From assembly GCA_951804945.1 (NCBI GenBank), contig OX638159.1:39618001-39682000 (forward strand): a stretch of 64,000 bases of DNA, read 5' to 3'. The translations under genes were made by a program, and so were the position numbers. This DNA comes from Podarcis cretensis (lineage: Eukaryota). A model generated the notes under the pieces. The model was not told the DNA's origin, made no database searches, and worked only from the letters and a program-made list of their open reading frames with translations. This document shows positions 1-11,500 of this stretch, piece by piece. Numbering within the stretch: the stretch's first letter is position 1; every line of letters starts with the position of its first letter.

Positions 1-1149
1 CTCCAAAACACATTCAGGCTTGCTATTGAGGGGCGGGGTGAAGTTCCAACCACAGATTTCAATTAGACCTTTTTATGGCAACTGTTATCAGGATTTAGGT
101 AACCATGAGAAACCTGACAATGTAAAGTGAAGCTGAAATTTAATCTCAACAACAGACCTCCAGACCCTGGGAACTGAACCACAGCAACGCCAGGAAATAC
201 AAACGATGGATTAAAACGTCAAAACGTACAAATTACTTATCTCTCCAACAAAGCAGTCCCCTGATAAACAGGAGAAGTGAAAATGAATTTGGCAGCTTGC
301 AAAAAGATGGGCAGGGCAATCCGGTGGGAGCATCATGTAATTGTGATCCTATGTATTCCCAGCGGCAGAGCAGAAAGCAAAACAATACCAGCATAAAGGA
401 AGAAGAAGAATGAAACAATGCCAGCAGCCACTTCACTGCATCCCTGCTAACGCCACCATTACTGCAGTACCCTGTGGAGGGAAGGAACCAGTCAACAGTG
501 GATAAAAGCAGGTGTGCCATAAGATTATCACAGAATCCAGTCTATGCCCCCACCAAGATGCAATCCACCAGCACACAGAATCTACTGTGCGATAATAGGC
601 TCCATGGCCCAGTGGTTAGAAGGGCAGCAACTGACCCTTGCAGCCACAAACTCCAGAGAAGGGACAGAATCACATGCCAGCAATGAACAGCCTGCAAACA
701 ACCCTTTTGCTAGGGACAAAACAGCAACTCTGCCTGTTTTAAGTATTTTTAAAGTATTTTAAAATTATATACTGTCCTTCAACAGGCATTGCTGGTGTGA
801 TTTGCATAAAAAGAAAATGCAAAAAGAACAAGAAGGAAGATGGGGGGGAAGACACAGGTAATAATCAGAAAACGTTAAGACTAAAAGGCAGGAATCACCA
901 TATAAATACAATCGGCAGGGATAAATTTAACTCTAAAGACCTGGGAAAACAAGGAGGTATTTGCTTGGCACTGACAGGACAACAAAACAGCTGCCAGGCA
1001 GATCTCTCTGGGGACAGCATTCCATAACTGGATGCCATTTCTTCCCCCTGGTCCTGAAGATGTTACCGTTTGGGTAGGCACATGAGGAGATAGGCTAGTC
1101 CTAGGCTGTAAAAGGATTTAAGGGTCAAAACCAACTTTACCACTACAAC

Positions 1150-1530
1150 AGCACCAGTGTGGTGTGATCATGACAACCAGTCCCACTTAGTATTCTAGGC
1201 GCTGCATTCTGAACTAGTTGCCATTTTTCAAAGGTGTCATATGGAGCACATTACAATCTAACCTGGAGGGTAGCAGAGCACGGAATGTTATGGTTAGACT
1301 CTCTCTGTGTCCAGACTTTATCTAGCACACCAATATAAGTTGCTAACAGGCACTTCATGCCACAGAAGCAACCTATGCCCTCAGTGACAAATATGCATCA
1401 ATGAGAACGTTGAAGTGGCGAGCCTGTTCCTTCAGGCAAAAGGTGACTGTGTCAAGTACAACATGAACTCTCTGTGCAGATAAGCTACCCAACCACCTGT
1501 ATTGAGCATCAGTTTATTACTCCATTCCCC
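1150..1530 (-). mobile_element. Decayed L2-type LINE fragment (RT C-terminal region)
   Basis: The reverse complement degenerately matches the L2 ORF2 motif HALVTSRLDYCNAL...LQLVQNAAAR (gctctgctaccctccaggttagattgtaatgtgctc...caactagttcagaatgcagcgcc). Boundaries approximate. Confidence 0.6.
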
Positions 1531-3813
1531 CACCATACCTTATTATCAAGCCCCACCGGAAGTACCATAACTGCTGAAGGGGCTGTTACAGGAGAACACT
1601 GAGCTGTTATCCATTGGCAGAGCCATAGACAAGTTGCAGATCCAAAGCCCTGGTAGGGTGACAAACACCACTGCCTTCGTTCATTATAGGGCCCTAACCA
1701 TTAAGACATCCAAGCTGAGTAACAATGGCAGGAAGGAGCGCTAACATCTGGAGAACACACACACACATCTAATGCAGACAGCTTTTATTGAATAACCGCA
1801 CTAGCGGGATGAATTCTGACAGGTTCACAGAAACATGGGACTGTCAATCTTGCATGGTCTGTGTACTTCTGAAATATGCCCAAGGGTTAGCTGAGTAGCA
1901 AGTGCAGTGTTCCCCATCACTGCATCCCATAAAAAACCAAAGGAGATCTAGAGTGAGATCACCTGGCATAAATTCACTGTACTGATGTTGTGTTGGGCAT
2001 TCAAGGGGAATTTAGGACTGGACGTAGCTTAGGGATCAGATCACACTCTGTGGGTTTCAATTAAAGAGCAGGATGAACAGCTAGCTATTTTTGGAGGGTG
2101 CTCACAGAGTATCTCCATATTAAGAGCTTGAAAAACTTTTTCTGCAGATGTGGCGTTCCTTGGCCATGCAATTAACCACTGCAACTAGAACATGCACATA
2201 TAAAGGAAAATAAGGACAGTTCTGTTACTCTCATTTGCTACACTCACTCCCTGACCTTAAGAAGTCTAACCAAGCATTATCCCACAAACATTCAACCAAT
2301 GATAAAGGCCATTTACTCTCATCTCTAGTACTAGAAAGTAATTTCATAGGGACTGGTGAAAGAAGCACTGCTGAAAATATGAAGAACAGCTTCGGGACAA
2401 CAAGCAGCACTGCATTATTTATGCCTCATGTAGAGATGGAACTTTACTTACGTCAAACTCAAGACACTCTGTACATATCTAAGTTCTCCTGTAAGATTCA
2501 CTCATCTGTCCTTCATGTATCAGATATTTAACATGCACTGATTTACTGCCTGATCCTAAGCAGAACTATGTAAATTCAGGTCCACTAATGAATTTAGGCA
2601 AGACTAAATTGGCAAAGGAACGGCTGCTGGAATAAAGCAATTATTTCAGAATATGTCACAGAGGCATGCTTATTCAAATGGCATCTAAAACCCGCAATCA
2701 CCCTCATTAGTAACACAGATAGTGTCTTAGAAATTCTTTTTTTTTAAGCCTGTACCTTCATCACTGTAAAATATGTATAGGACCATACCATATTATATAT
2801 AGGCAGACTGTTATAATCACTCCAGCTCCTAAAGACAAGAACAATAGCTTTACAGGTTTCTCAATCATATATTAAATATACAAGCATGTCTGTTACAAAC
2901 ACAGCTAAGCACATTTCAGTAAATTAACTCCAAAATTCACGAGCAACTTAATGCTTTTGCTAAATGATTACTGAACTGAGCCCTTTTGTCACTGTTCTAG
3001 ATTAAGGTGTGTCAGAAACTGTATTGTATTATTAAGTAAGGGATCTCATGCAGTCAAGGCAGGCACATTTGGGTGCTCTTTAATCCTACTTCTCAAACTG
3101 CAATCCAGTGAAAGCATACACCCAATTGGTCCCTTAAAGATTAATCTAAAAATCTAATGCTATTGAAATCATGACATGTGGACTCAATATACATAAGATG
3201 TTCCTTGAATGCATCCCACATTAATGCAGGTTGCTGCCTGCAAAGGCTCATGTCACAATAAATAGATACCCATAGTGTGCCCCTTTTTTTCTTTTTGCAT
3301 GTTCGATAGTTTCCGTCACATTCTGAGTGCCGGAGCCTTGCTAAAATTGTGGCACCTAAAGTGGGGAGAGGGTGGCCAATATGTTCCAGAGGGCTGAAGT
3401 GGGGTGGGGTGGGATCTTCTTTTTCAGGGATGGCAACTCCTAAACCGCAGCGATTCCCTCCTCTGCGTCTATTTGAAACACCCTTAAGAATAAGGTATGG
3501 CTTTCTTCCTTAGCAGCGAGCATCAGAAGGAAGAAACGGGCGCTGGAAACAGTTCAAGGGAAGGCGATAGGGTGGTTAACCTATGCTATAGGAGCGATTT
3601 TACCAAACGGCTACTCCCACCGCGGAAGGGAGGGCATGGCCGCTTAATGCACTTGTGCCACACAAAAGATATTGCGGCCAGGAGGGAAAAAAGACAGCCA
3701 GACCCCCTCCCACCAGCGTCCTTCAGGTACCACGCGGGGCGAACGGATCCCACCCGAGACGCTGCCGCCTTACTCCTGTGCCGGTGAGGCGAGGTCTTTC
3801 TTGCACGGGGTAC

Positions 3814-3854
3814 CTGCAGAAGCTTCGGCCCGCGGAGACGCCCAAGGACAGCAT
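3814..3854 (-). CDS. NLN: Neurolysin (mitochondrial oligopeptidase M), coding exon 1; rest of gene lies left of the window
   Basis: ATG at 3854 gives MLSLGVSAGRSFC(R), 41 nt ending at AG|GTACCC donor. Arg/Ser-rich, acid-free, presequence-like. Sits in a CpG island head-to-head with SGTB, as in the known vertebrate synteny. Confidence 0.7.
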
Positions 3855-4069
3855 GAAGGGAAGCCGAGCGAGGAAAAGCAGCCCCGCTCCCAGCCAAGGA
3901 CGCCCCCCTCTCCGCTCCCACGCGCCGGCCGCTCCCAGCTCCCTTCGCCGCCTGCCGGGGCGCACGCACAGCTCCCCCCACGTGCGCCTGCAGCCCCCGC
4001 CGCTGCCGCTTCGCGCGCTCGCCGCCCAGCCGAGCTGCGCATTCACTTCCGCCGGGCCAGGTCTCGTTC

Positions 4070-4096
4070 CCGCCGCCGCCGCCGCCGCCGCCGCCG
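4070..4096 (+). repeat. (CCG)9 trinucleotide repeat
   Basis: Read directly from the sequence. Confidence 0.95.
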
Positions 4097-4179
4097 CGCG
4101 CGCAGGCGCGCCCCCTTCAGGCACGCGCCCGCCTTCCCTCACTCCCTTTCACACGGACGACAACCACGCCTCGGGAGCG

Positions 4180-4311
4180 AGCCGGGGACAAGTTTGTGCC
4201 TCTCACAGCAGCAGCAGCAGCAGCAGCGGCGGCGGACGAAAGCAGCTTGGTAGCGGACAGCCATTGCTCCGCCCGCCCGGTCTTCCTCCTCCTCCTGATC
4301 CTGCTGGCGCG
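4180..4311 (+). other. SGTB: Probable non-coding exon 1 of SGTB (start approximate)
   Basis: Strong donor GCG|GTAAGC at 4311/4312 inside the CpG island. The SGTB ATG lies in a downstream exon with its own acceptor (cag at 8414-8416). Confidence 0.55.
4206..4235 (+). repeat. (CAG)7(CGG)3 compound repeat, probably in the SGTB 5' UTR
   Basis: Read directly from the sequence. Confidence 0.9.
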
Positions 4312-6849
4312 GTAAGCTCTTCTGCCATTGCCCTGCCCTTCTGCATGGAGTGTGCCGCGCAAAAGCCGCAGAGAGGCGGCTGCCGCCGTAGCCGCCCGTG
4401 CAAGAAGGAGGGACGGGGAGAACATGTTGGTGCGCATGTTGGTGAGGAAGGGCGCCCAGCATCCCCGTCGCTTTCCTTCCCCCTTTTGCAGGTCTTCGCC
4501 TCCACCCCTCAGGTAGCTCGCCGTCTCCCGCCTTAGCGTCCGGCGCCATCCCGGTCTGGCTCGCGCACCTGAGGTGGACGTAGCCCAGCCAGATGGAGAA
4601 AATGGGCGAGCGGAGGTGTTTGTGTCCGGTTTCCTAGGCGGGTGGCTGGCAGGGTTTCTCCCGCGTTGGGTACGCATTGCATGACTGTCCTCGGCTCGTG
4701 GGCTCCCAGCCCTGAAGCTGTCCACCTGCCAAATGTGAACCGGCGGGGGGGGGGGGCTGCCGAAAGCATTCCCAAGGAATAACGTTTTCCGAAATAGAAG
4801 CGGCCAGTTATATAACTCCATAAAGTGCACCGGGGGATGCAAAATGCTGCCGTTATTAAGGACACGCTGCATCCTCCTGCGCTCGGCAACGTTTGCCTCA
4901 AGTGGGCTGCGCCACCATTAAAACAAACACACCATTTATTATTATATGACAACACTTCTTGCTTCGCCATTGGCTAGCAACCCTTTGGATGTTCATCATC
5001 AGCCTTAATAGTGCAAACAGTATTTTTAGCATCGGTATTATGAAGTCTTTTCAGGGTGAATTTGGCAGCGGGCGGTGGGGAGGAGGAGAACCTATGAAGT
5101 TGTACTGGGGAAAATTTCCCATAAGTTACATAATTTCTAACAGAGATGATGCTGGATGCAAATGAAGCTCTGAGTCAGCACTGTGTCACTAATCACAAGT
5201 TTGCATTGAGGTCACCATGTTCTAGTCTTCATCCTAAAGGGCAGGTCTATGTTGGAAGAAGACAGTTATTATATTTATTTTCATAAAAGGGCATGTTTCC
5301 CTTTGCCATTTCCATCAGTTCAGTTGTGTGGTTCATTTAAAACAACAATGTGGAAAGCAATTTGGGGCTGCATTGATAGGTGATAAATTATTATTATTAA
5401 TAATTTATTTCTATAGCAGCATCAGTGAGCATAGTGCTTTACAGAGTCCGTAAGGACATTCCATACATTGGAGGTAGTTGGTGGATTTTTTGGGGGGTGG
5501 GTGGGGCAGCTGCTGCTGTTTTCATCCTTTCATCTCTTGCCCAGGGCTAATATGCTTATGCATTGTGTAAATAACCATGGCCAGCCTGAGACCTAGCTGG
5601 AATGTGCATGCGAGTTGCTGTAGGTTGGTGATAGGAAGAGTTCAAAATATTTACCAGGAAGCTTCCTTTTACTTGCAAAATGTTTTATTGATTGTTGTCG
5701 TTTCATTTGTTTTTTGTTTCCCCCCTAACAATCTAAACTACCTCGGGAATATCTAATTGAAAGATGGTTTAGACATGTTTTAAATAAATAAATAAAGTGC
5801 ATGCCTCAGCAAAACCCAAAATGCAGCCTCACAGTAGGCATAAGATCCATAGTGACAGACCTGCTGTATTTCGTGAACATCTTGAGCCCAGCAACATGTA
5901 GTCTGAGTTCTTGTCTCCGGTGGTTGAGTGCACTCATTCTTCAGCACTGGGACTTGGTTTGCCATTAAATGAAGAAAAGAGTTCCCTTAAGGATATGGAA
6001 TGTGCCAAACTTCCTCCCAAACTCAGGCTTCAAGCAATTTCTAAAAGCTCATTTGGAACCCAAGCTCGCCCCATCTTAACCCCCTCAAGGTTCACAGAAT
6101 CTTAGCACTACGACTCGCTCCCCTGGCCTCTGAGTATGAGCCACCAAGCATAGATCATAATAGCCTCCATATGCCAGTAGTCCAGAAAATGTACAACATT
6201 TGGCTCAGTCTGGTTTATCTCAATTTTATTGAAACATAAATTATTGTCTTCCCTTTGAACGCCCCCTCCTGCATTCATAAATAGACCAACACTTGATATT
6301 GTTTCACTGGTAAAATTAGAGGGAAAATGACTATTACTCATACTTATTCTAAGTACAATCACAAGGGCTCCTGATTGGATGTTCAGCTATGTGATGCTGA
6401 ATGTTACCTGTTATCTCTGTTCTTTGTTTTTGTTTAAATTCACGAACCAAGAACTTACACATTGATCACTAATAATGAACCATATGTTGTAGGTATTACT
6501 GAAAATTTATTATGCTATTTTTGTGATATACAAATGAAGTAAGAAGACTTGGTATATTTATTTGTATTATTATTCCTACGATCCTTGTTTATAAAATCCA
6601 ATAAAAGGTTATTAAAAATAATAGCCTCCATATTTTGAGAACTAGGGAGAACACTTGAACAGACCAGGAAACACACTCCAGTTCTGCTCTTTGGGGAAAC
6701 TGTACCCAAACTGCAGCAACCTCTCTCTTTCTCACTTTAACCCCTCCCAGAAGTCAATATTGCAACCCAACCGAATCCATGCATATAGTTGATAGAACTA
6801 CTGGTATGAATATGCTCCACCCCAATAGGCAGACAGTGTTGGGTAGTAA

Positions 6850-6983
6850 TGCCAGCACAACCAGGTTCCTACCAGCATAAATGCTGGCTCCCTTGGCCTG
6901 AAGTGAGATGAATGCTGCACCCCATAGTCGCCTTTGACTGGACTTAACTGTCCAGGAGTCCCTTTACCTTACCTTTTTTACCA
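6850..6983 (+). mobile_element. Sauria SINE 3' fragment
   Basis: gagatgaatgctgcaccccatagtcgcctttgactggacttaactgtccaggagtccctttaccttaccttt matches the Sauria SINE 3' end with its (ACCTTT)-type tail. Supports a squamate origin. Confidence 0.7.
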
Positions 6984-7670
6984 TAGGGCAGAAGAAAAGA
7001 CCCAGAAGAAAAATCTAGAAATTCCAAAGTCAGGAAATTAATTTCTGTGTTGCGAAATGAAATCATTGTCTCTGCTCAGATCCAAATGAACAGAATTGGC
7101 CTACTTGATAAATTGTATATTGTTGATCAGCGCTTGTTCCGTATCATTTCCAACTACTACGTTTCCTCTCTTTTGTGCCCATTTTTTTTAAAAAAAGCAT
7201 GATGTTTTCACTGATTTTCAAATATATAAGGAAAAGAAAACAGAATAAAACCCACAATACATTGCACCCATTTGTATGCATACCTGCCAGCTGAGGGTGG
7301 CACTTTATGTCTCTGTTGAAGGGGCTTCTAAGCCACAAAAGTTTCTGTCATTATAAATTGGTTAGTCTTGGTATGCTGTGAGATTCTTAGTTCTTCCCTC
7401 AGTCATCATGCAGGGAAATAGAGAGCTTAACAGGCTTAACTGCTTCCTGCATCCCCACATTTTGGCTCTTTGAAGTGCAGCAGTTGCATGAGGCAAATCC
7501 CAACAAATCAGCTATGTGCATGATTGGTTGAAGCTCTTCTCTCAGTCTACAGATGGTAGCAAGGCAGAGGGGCAAAGTCAGTTAAGAAGATAAAAGGTAA
7601 TTTGATGAATTTATCGGTGCCCAAGGCCTGGGGGGCGGGGACCCTGTATTTCTATAAGCACTCCTTATCC

Positions 7671-8109
7671 CAGGGGTCAGCAAACTTTCAACAGGAGGCT
7701 TTGTGGAGGGCCATCCCCCCTGACTTTCCCCTCCCTTCTCCACAGCACTGGACGAGCCCTGGTGGCTGCTTACCTGTGTCTTGCGAGCTGCAGGGACTGG
7801 CGGCGGCAGCGAGGGGACAATGAGCGGTGCACGAAAGGGCTCCAGAGAAGGGCTGCTTAAAATGGCAGCCGCTTGAGCACTGCTGCTGCTGGCACCAACA
7901 AAGCCCAGCCCCCTTCCTCCTCTAGGCAGGGCAGGGAGAAGCCAGGAGGGAGGGAGGGAGGGAGGGAGGAGGTGCCGGCGCCACCACCGAGGGAAGGAGA
8001 GGGAAAGAGTGCATGTGCAATTCCTGGACCATCCCGGACCATCCACGGGCCGGATCCAGAAGGCAATTGGGTCTGATCCAGCCCGCAGGCCTTAGTTTGC
8101 CGACCCACG
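7671..8109. mobile_element. hAT non-autonomous DNA transposon (MITE)
   Basis: Termini CAGGGGTCAGCAAACT ... AGTTTGCCGACCCACG; perfect 8-bp TSD CCTTATCC at 7663-7670 and 8110-8117. Confidence 0.85.
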
Positions 8110-8438
8110 CCTTATCCCTTCCCTGTTTTGGTTTTTGGAGAGGAACAGCAATGGGGGAAAGCAAAAAGGATTGGTTAATGAAATACTATTTAATTGATTT
8201 TTTTAAAAAAAAATGTTGGAATGGGCAGAGCCCTATAGTATGTGATAAAGGAGTCTTCATTATCCACAACAAACTTTTCTAACCTCAGCGTAATTCAGTA
8301 AAGTAGCATCCAGAAAAACTGTTGTTGAAATCTAAAAGCTTTTGCGTTCTCAGTTTTAATGGGTTTCCCTTTATTTCCTTAGAACTAATTTGATTGTTCT
8401 TACTTTTGTGATTCAGGGGAGCTTCACAGACCTTGAAA

Positions 8439-8538
8439 ATGTCTTCTGTCAAACGCCTTGTATATGCTGTCATCCATTTCTTGCGAGAACAGAGTCAGAT
8501 GGATGCATTCACATCAGATGAACAAGAAAGCTTGGAAG
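8439..8538 (+). CDS. SGTB: SGTB coding exon 1
   Basis: [33 protein letters not shown]; exon starts at 8417 after cag; donor GT at 8539. Confidence 0.95.
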
Positions 8539-11500
8539 GTTTGTGGTGATGACTGAAGAGTCATGATGCCTGATGGAAGTGTTGATGTCAAATGTGTGAA
8601 AACCAAGAGAGGCATTAAAGCTGTGTTTGTTTTATTCTGTGCTGGAGGTTTTCAAGCAGAGACACCTTGTTAGAAGATGACTAATAGCAGACAGACTTCC
8701 CAGAAAGACAGCTTGTCGAAACACAACCAATGTTCTCTTGCAGTGCGTAACCCCTGGAGAGAGCTGGGTCAGATTGCAGTGGGCAGCCAGACCTGGCGCC
8801 TGTTTTGTCTTCCTGAATGTTGGAAGATGCAAGACAGATAAGAGAAAGTACTTCTACATGCTGTGCATAGTTAAACTGTGGAACTCACTCCAACAGGAGG
8901 CAGTGATGGAAGCAGCAATGGACGCTAACTAGGGTGGCTTTAAAAGAGGATTGGACAAATATATAAAGGATAAGGCAACTAGCCATGATGGCTATGATCT
9001 GTCTCCATGATCAGAAACAGCAATGCTTTTAAATACCAGTTTCTGGAAACCACAAGAGGGGAGAATGCTCTCGTGCATCCAGGTTTCCTGCAGGCATCTG
9101 AGCAGCCAATATGAGAACAGGATGCTGCAGTAGATGTGCCATTGGCCCTGATCCTCATGCTCTTAGTTTACATGGAGCAACAATGAGGCTCAGTTGGCAG
9201 GAAACCACAAACTGGGTGGGCTTGGTAGCCAAAAATTGCTTCTGGAGGCTGGTGAGGCTCATCTTTCTTGCTTCATACACCACAGAGGCACAGTAAAGTC
9301 TTCCATGTGACATGCTTAGATCAAAGGCAAGGATAGGGAGGTTTAGCTCTAGGTCTGTCCCTTCATGTTGAGGGAATTTCAGCTGGGAGTGGCTCCCATC
9401 CTGCCTGTAGTCAACTGTAGTCAACTGCAGTTTCTCAGGGTACTTCCCACCCGAGAGTTGAAAGGAGATGATGGCAAAACCATAGTTCATTTGGGAGCCA
9501 TCTGTGGGCCAACAGCAGATTCATTACATACATGAAATTGTCTTATTCTGTGTGATTGCTAGGCTGTAAATGAACTGACCTGGACCCTGAGATCATCTGA
9601 GGCACTGCTTCATGTTCCTCCTCCACAGGAGGTTTGGAGGATGGCAACACAGGATCAAGTCTCTTCAGTGGTGGCCCCCTTTTGTTCAGAACAGTGAACT
9701 GCAGTACTTGCATAGGCATAACCCAGCAAGATAGAGTCAAATGGAATTGACATGCTGAGGGATTAGGAAATTTGTGCTTGATTAGACAGTAGAATTTTTC
9801 ACAGTGTAAGCAATCCAAGCATACAGTGAGATTAAGTAGCAGGGAAAGAGATATATTAAAGCTCAAGCAGAGCATGAATATAGCTTCATGAGAAGCTATA
9901 TTGAGAAGGCTATGGATCAGGCTATAGATAGGGATGGGGAACATGGGCCTTTCCAAATTTTTTGGGCTCCAACTCCCATTATCCCCAGCCAGCATTGCCA
10001 CTGGTCAGGGATGGTAGAAGCTGAAGTCCAACGTTCATCTAGCACGTCACAGGCTACCCACTTGTGACATATATATATAGTGTGTGACTGGTTGCACAGA
10101 TTGAGGGCATAGACAGGAATAGGAAGCTTATATAGAAACAAAGAGGAGGAGTCATGACCTTTAAAGCAAAGTGAGTGCAGCAAGATGATGGGACTAATCA
10201 GGCAGGCATCACAAATTGCATAGCAATCGAGGCCCTTTGTATGACTTACAAGACCTTTTACACGCTACTACATAAATATATGGGAATTCTGAGTTCCTTG
10301 GCACAGCACGTACCTTGACCAGCAGAATACCAATTCCTAGTATGGGCAGCAGGAATTGAGCAACTTCATGCATGGAAGAATCTGCAGTAGAAGTCCCTTC
10401 ATCCTCCGCCTTGCCTTACTCCCAGTCGTAATATATGGGGGTTGGCGGGAGGTGGAGCATCTATGGTGCTCTTCAAGTGGTGATGGCACTCCCCAGGAAT
10501 GGGAGAGGCAGGGCAGAGGTCTAGGGAACTCATGAGCTGGCAGTGGCTCCACAGATGTGCACCTGTGGGCTGCTTCTATTTTGGAGGGGCCCCCAATACT
10601 TACTGTTACCCTGTTGTGCCCTTTTCCCCATGCCAGTGAATGCTGCTCTGCCCTTGTGTCATGTGCCACTCTGCCATACTCCCTTGTTTTTCACAGGTTT
10701 TTTCTTAACATCAAATGCAGTTTTGCTGGGGGGATATGTATTCGGGTTTTTTTAGGCCTTGCGGGCCTGCAAAGATTGAGGGTGTAATCCCATGTTGAGC
10801 CTGCTGGCATGGAAAGCATCTCAGCAATAAAAAAGAAGGCAGCTTGGCTTTTTATTAGTAAAAAAATGTTAAAATAAATGAACAATTGACAGGTTTTTTT
10901 TGGAAAGGTTTGGAAATAATTCCAGGTTAAAAGTTTCCTTTTCCAAAACAAAAGCAGTGTAGTGTAGTAAATATACAGTGTTGTACTCAGTTTGGGGAAA
11001 CCCAGGTTAAAATCCAACCTGAACTGCAAATCTTACCAGCTAACACCAAGCTAACCTCACAGGTTTGTTGTGAGAGAGTATCAGTATACATTAGCTTCCT
11101 GCATCATGGTGTCCCTCTAAATGTTTTGTGCTATAGGTCTCATCATCCTGGGATTATTGGCCATGCTGGTTGCAACTGATGGGAGTTTTGGTCCAAAACA
11201 GGAGGGGGCATCAATTTGGGGAAGGCTGATGTACATTACCTGAAATTTTTGGAGTAAGGGGTAGGAGAATAGTGAAGCTGTTGCAATAGTTTTACTACAA
11301 AACATGCTCATTATTCTTTAACAGCAAAGTAACTTAATAACGTTGATATCCTATAAAACCATTCCGAATTCCAGAAAATTGTTTGGAAGTATCACAAACC
11401 TAAATAAAATTTTATTTGAAACCATTTGTTTATTTTAGACTGTTCTATCCCAGGAGGCCAGAGTGCTTTATAGCAATTGCAAACAGATGATGCAGTTTGT

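Larger units (their letters stand above)
3700..4760. promoter_or_regulatory. CpG island / bidirectional promoter NLN(-)/SGTB(+)
   Basis: Very GC- and CpG-rich stretch with GC boxes, lying between divergent first exons. Confidence 0.8.

Noticed and set aside
3497-4970. Many overlapping 100-293 aa ORFs on both strands
   Set aside because: By-product of the GC-rich CpG island (few stop codons). Low-complexity Pro/Arg/Ala/Ser translations with no recognisable domain. Only the 41-nt NLN exon is supported.
8546-8574. GTGATGA...CTGA, C/D-box-like motifs in the SGTB intron; also GTGATGA near 58064
   Set aside because: Spacing too short or no matching D box and terminal stem, so not a supportable snoRNA.
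9543-10001. 152-aa minus-strand ORF in SGTB intron
   Set aside because: Starts in a MITE, has no recognisable homology or splice structure; consistent with a chance ORF.
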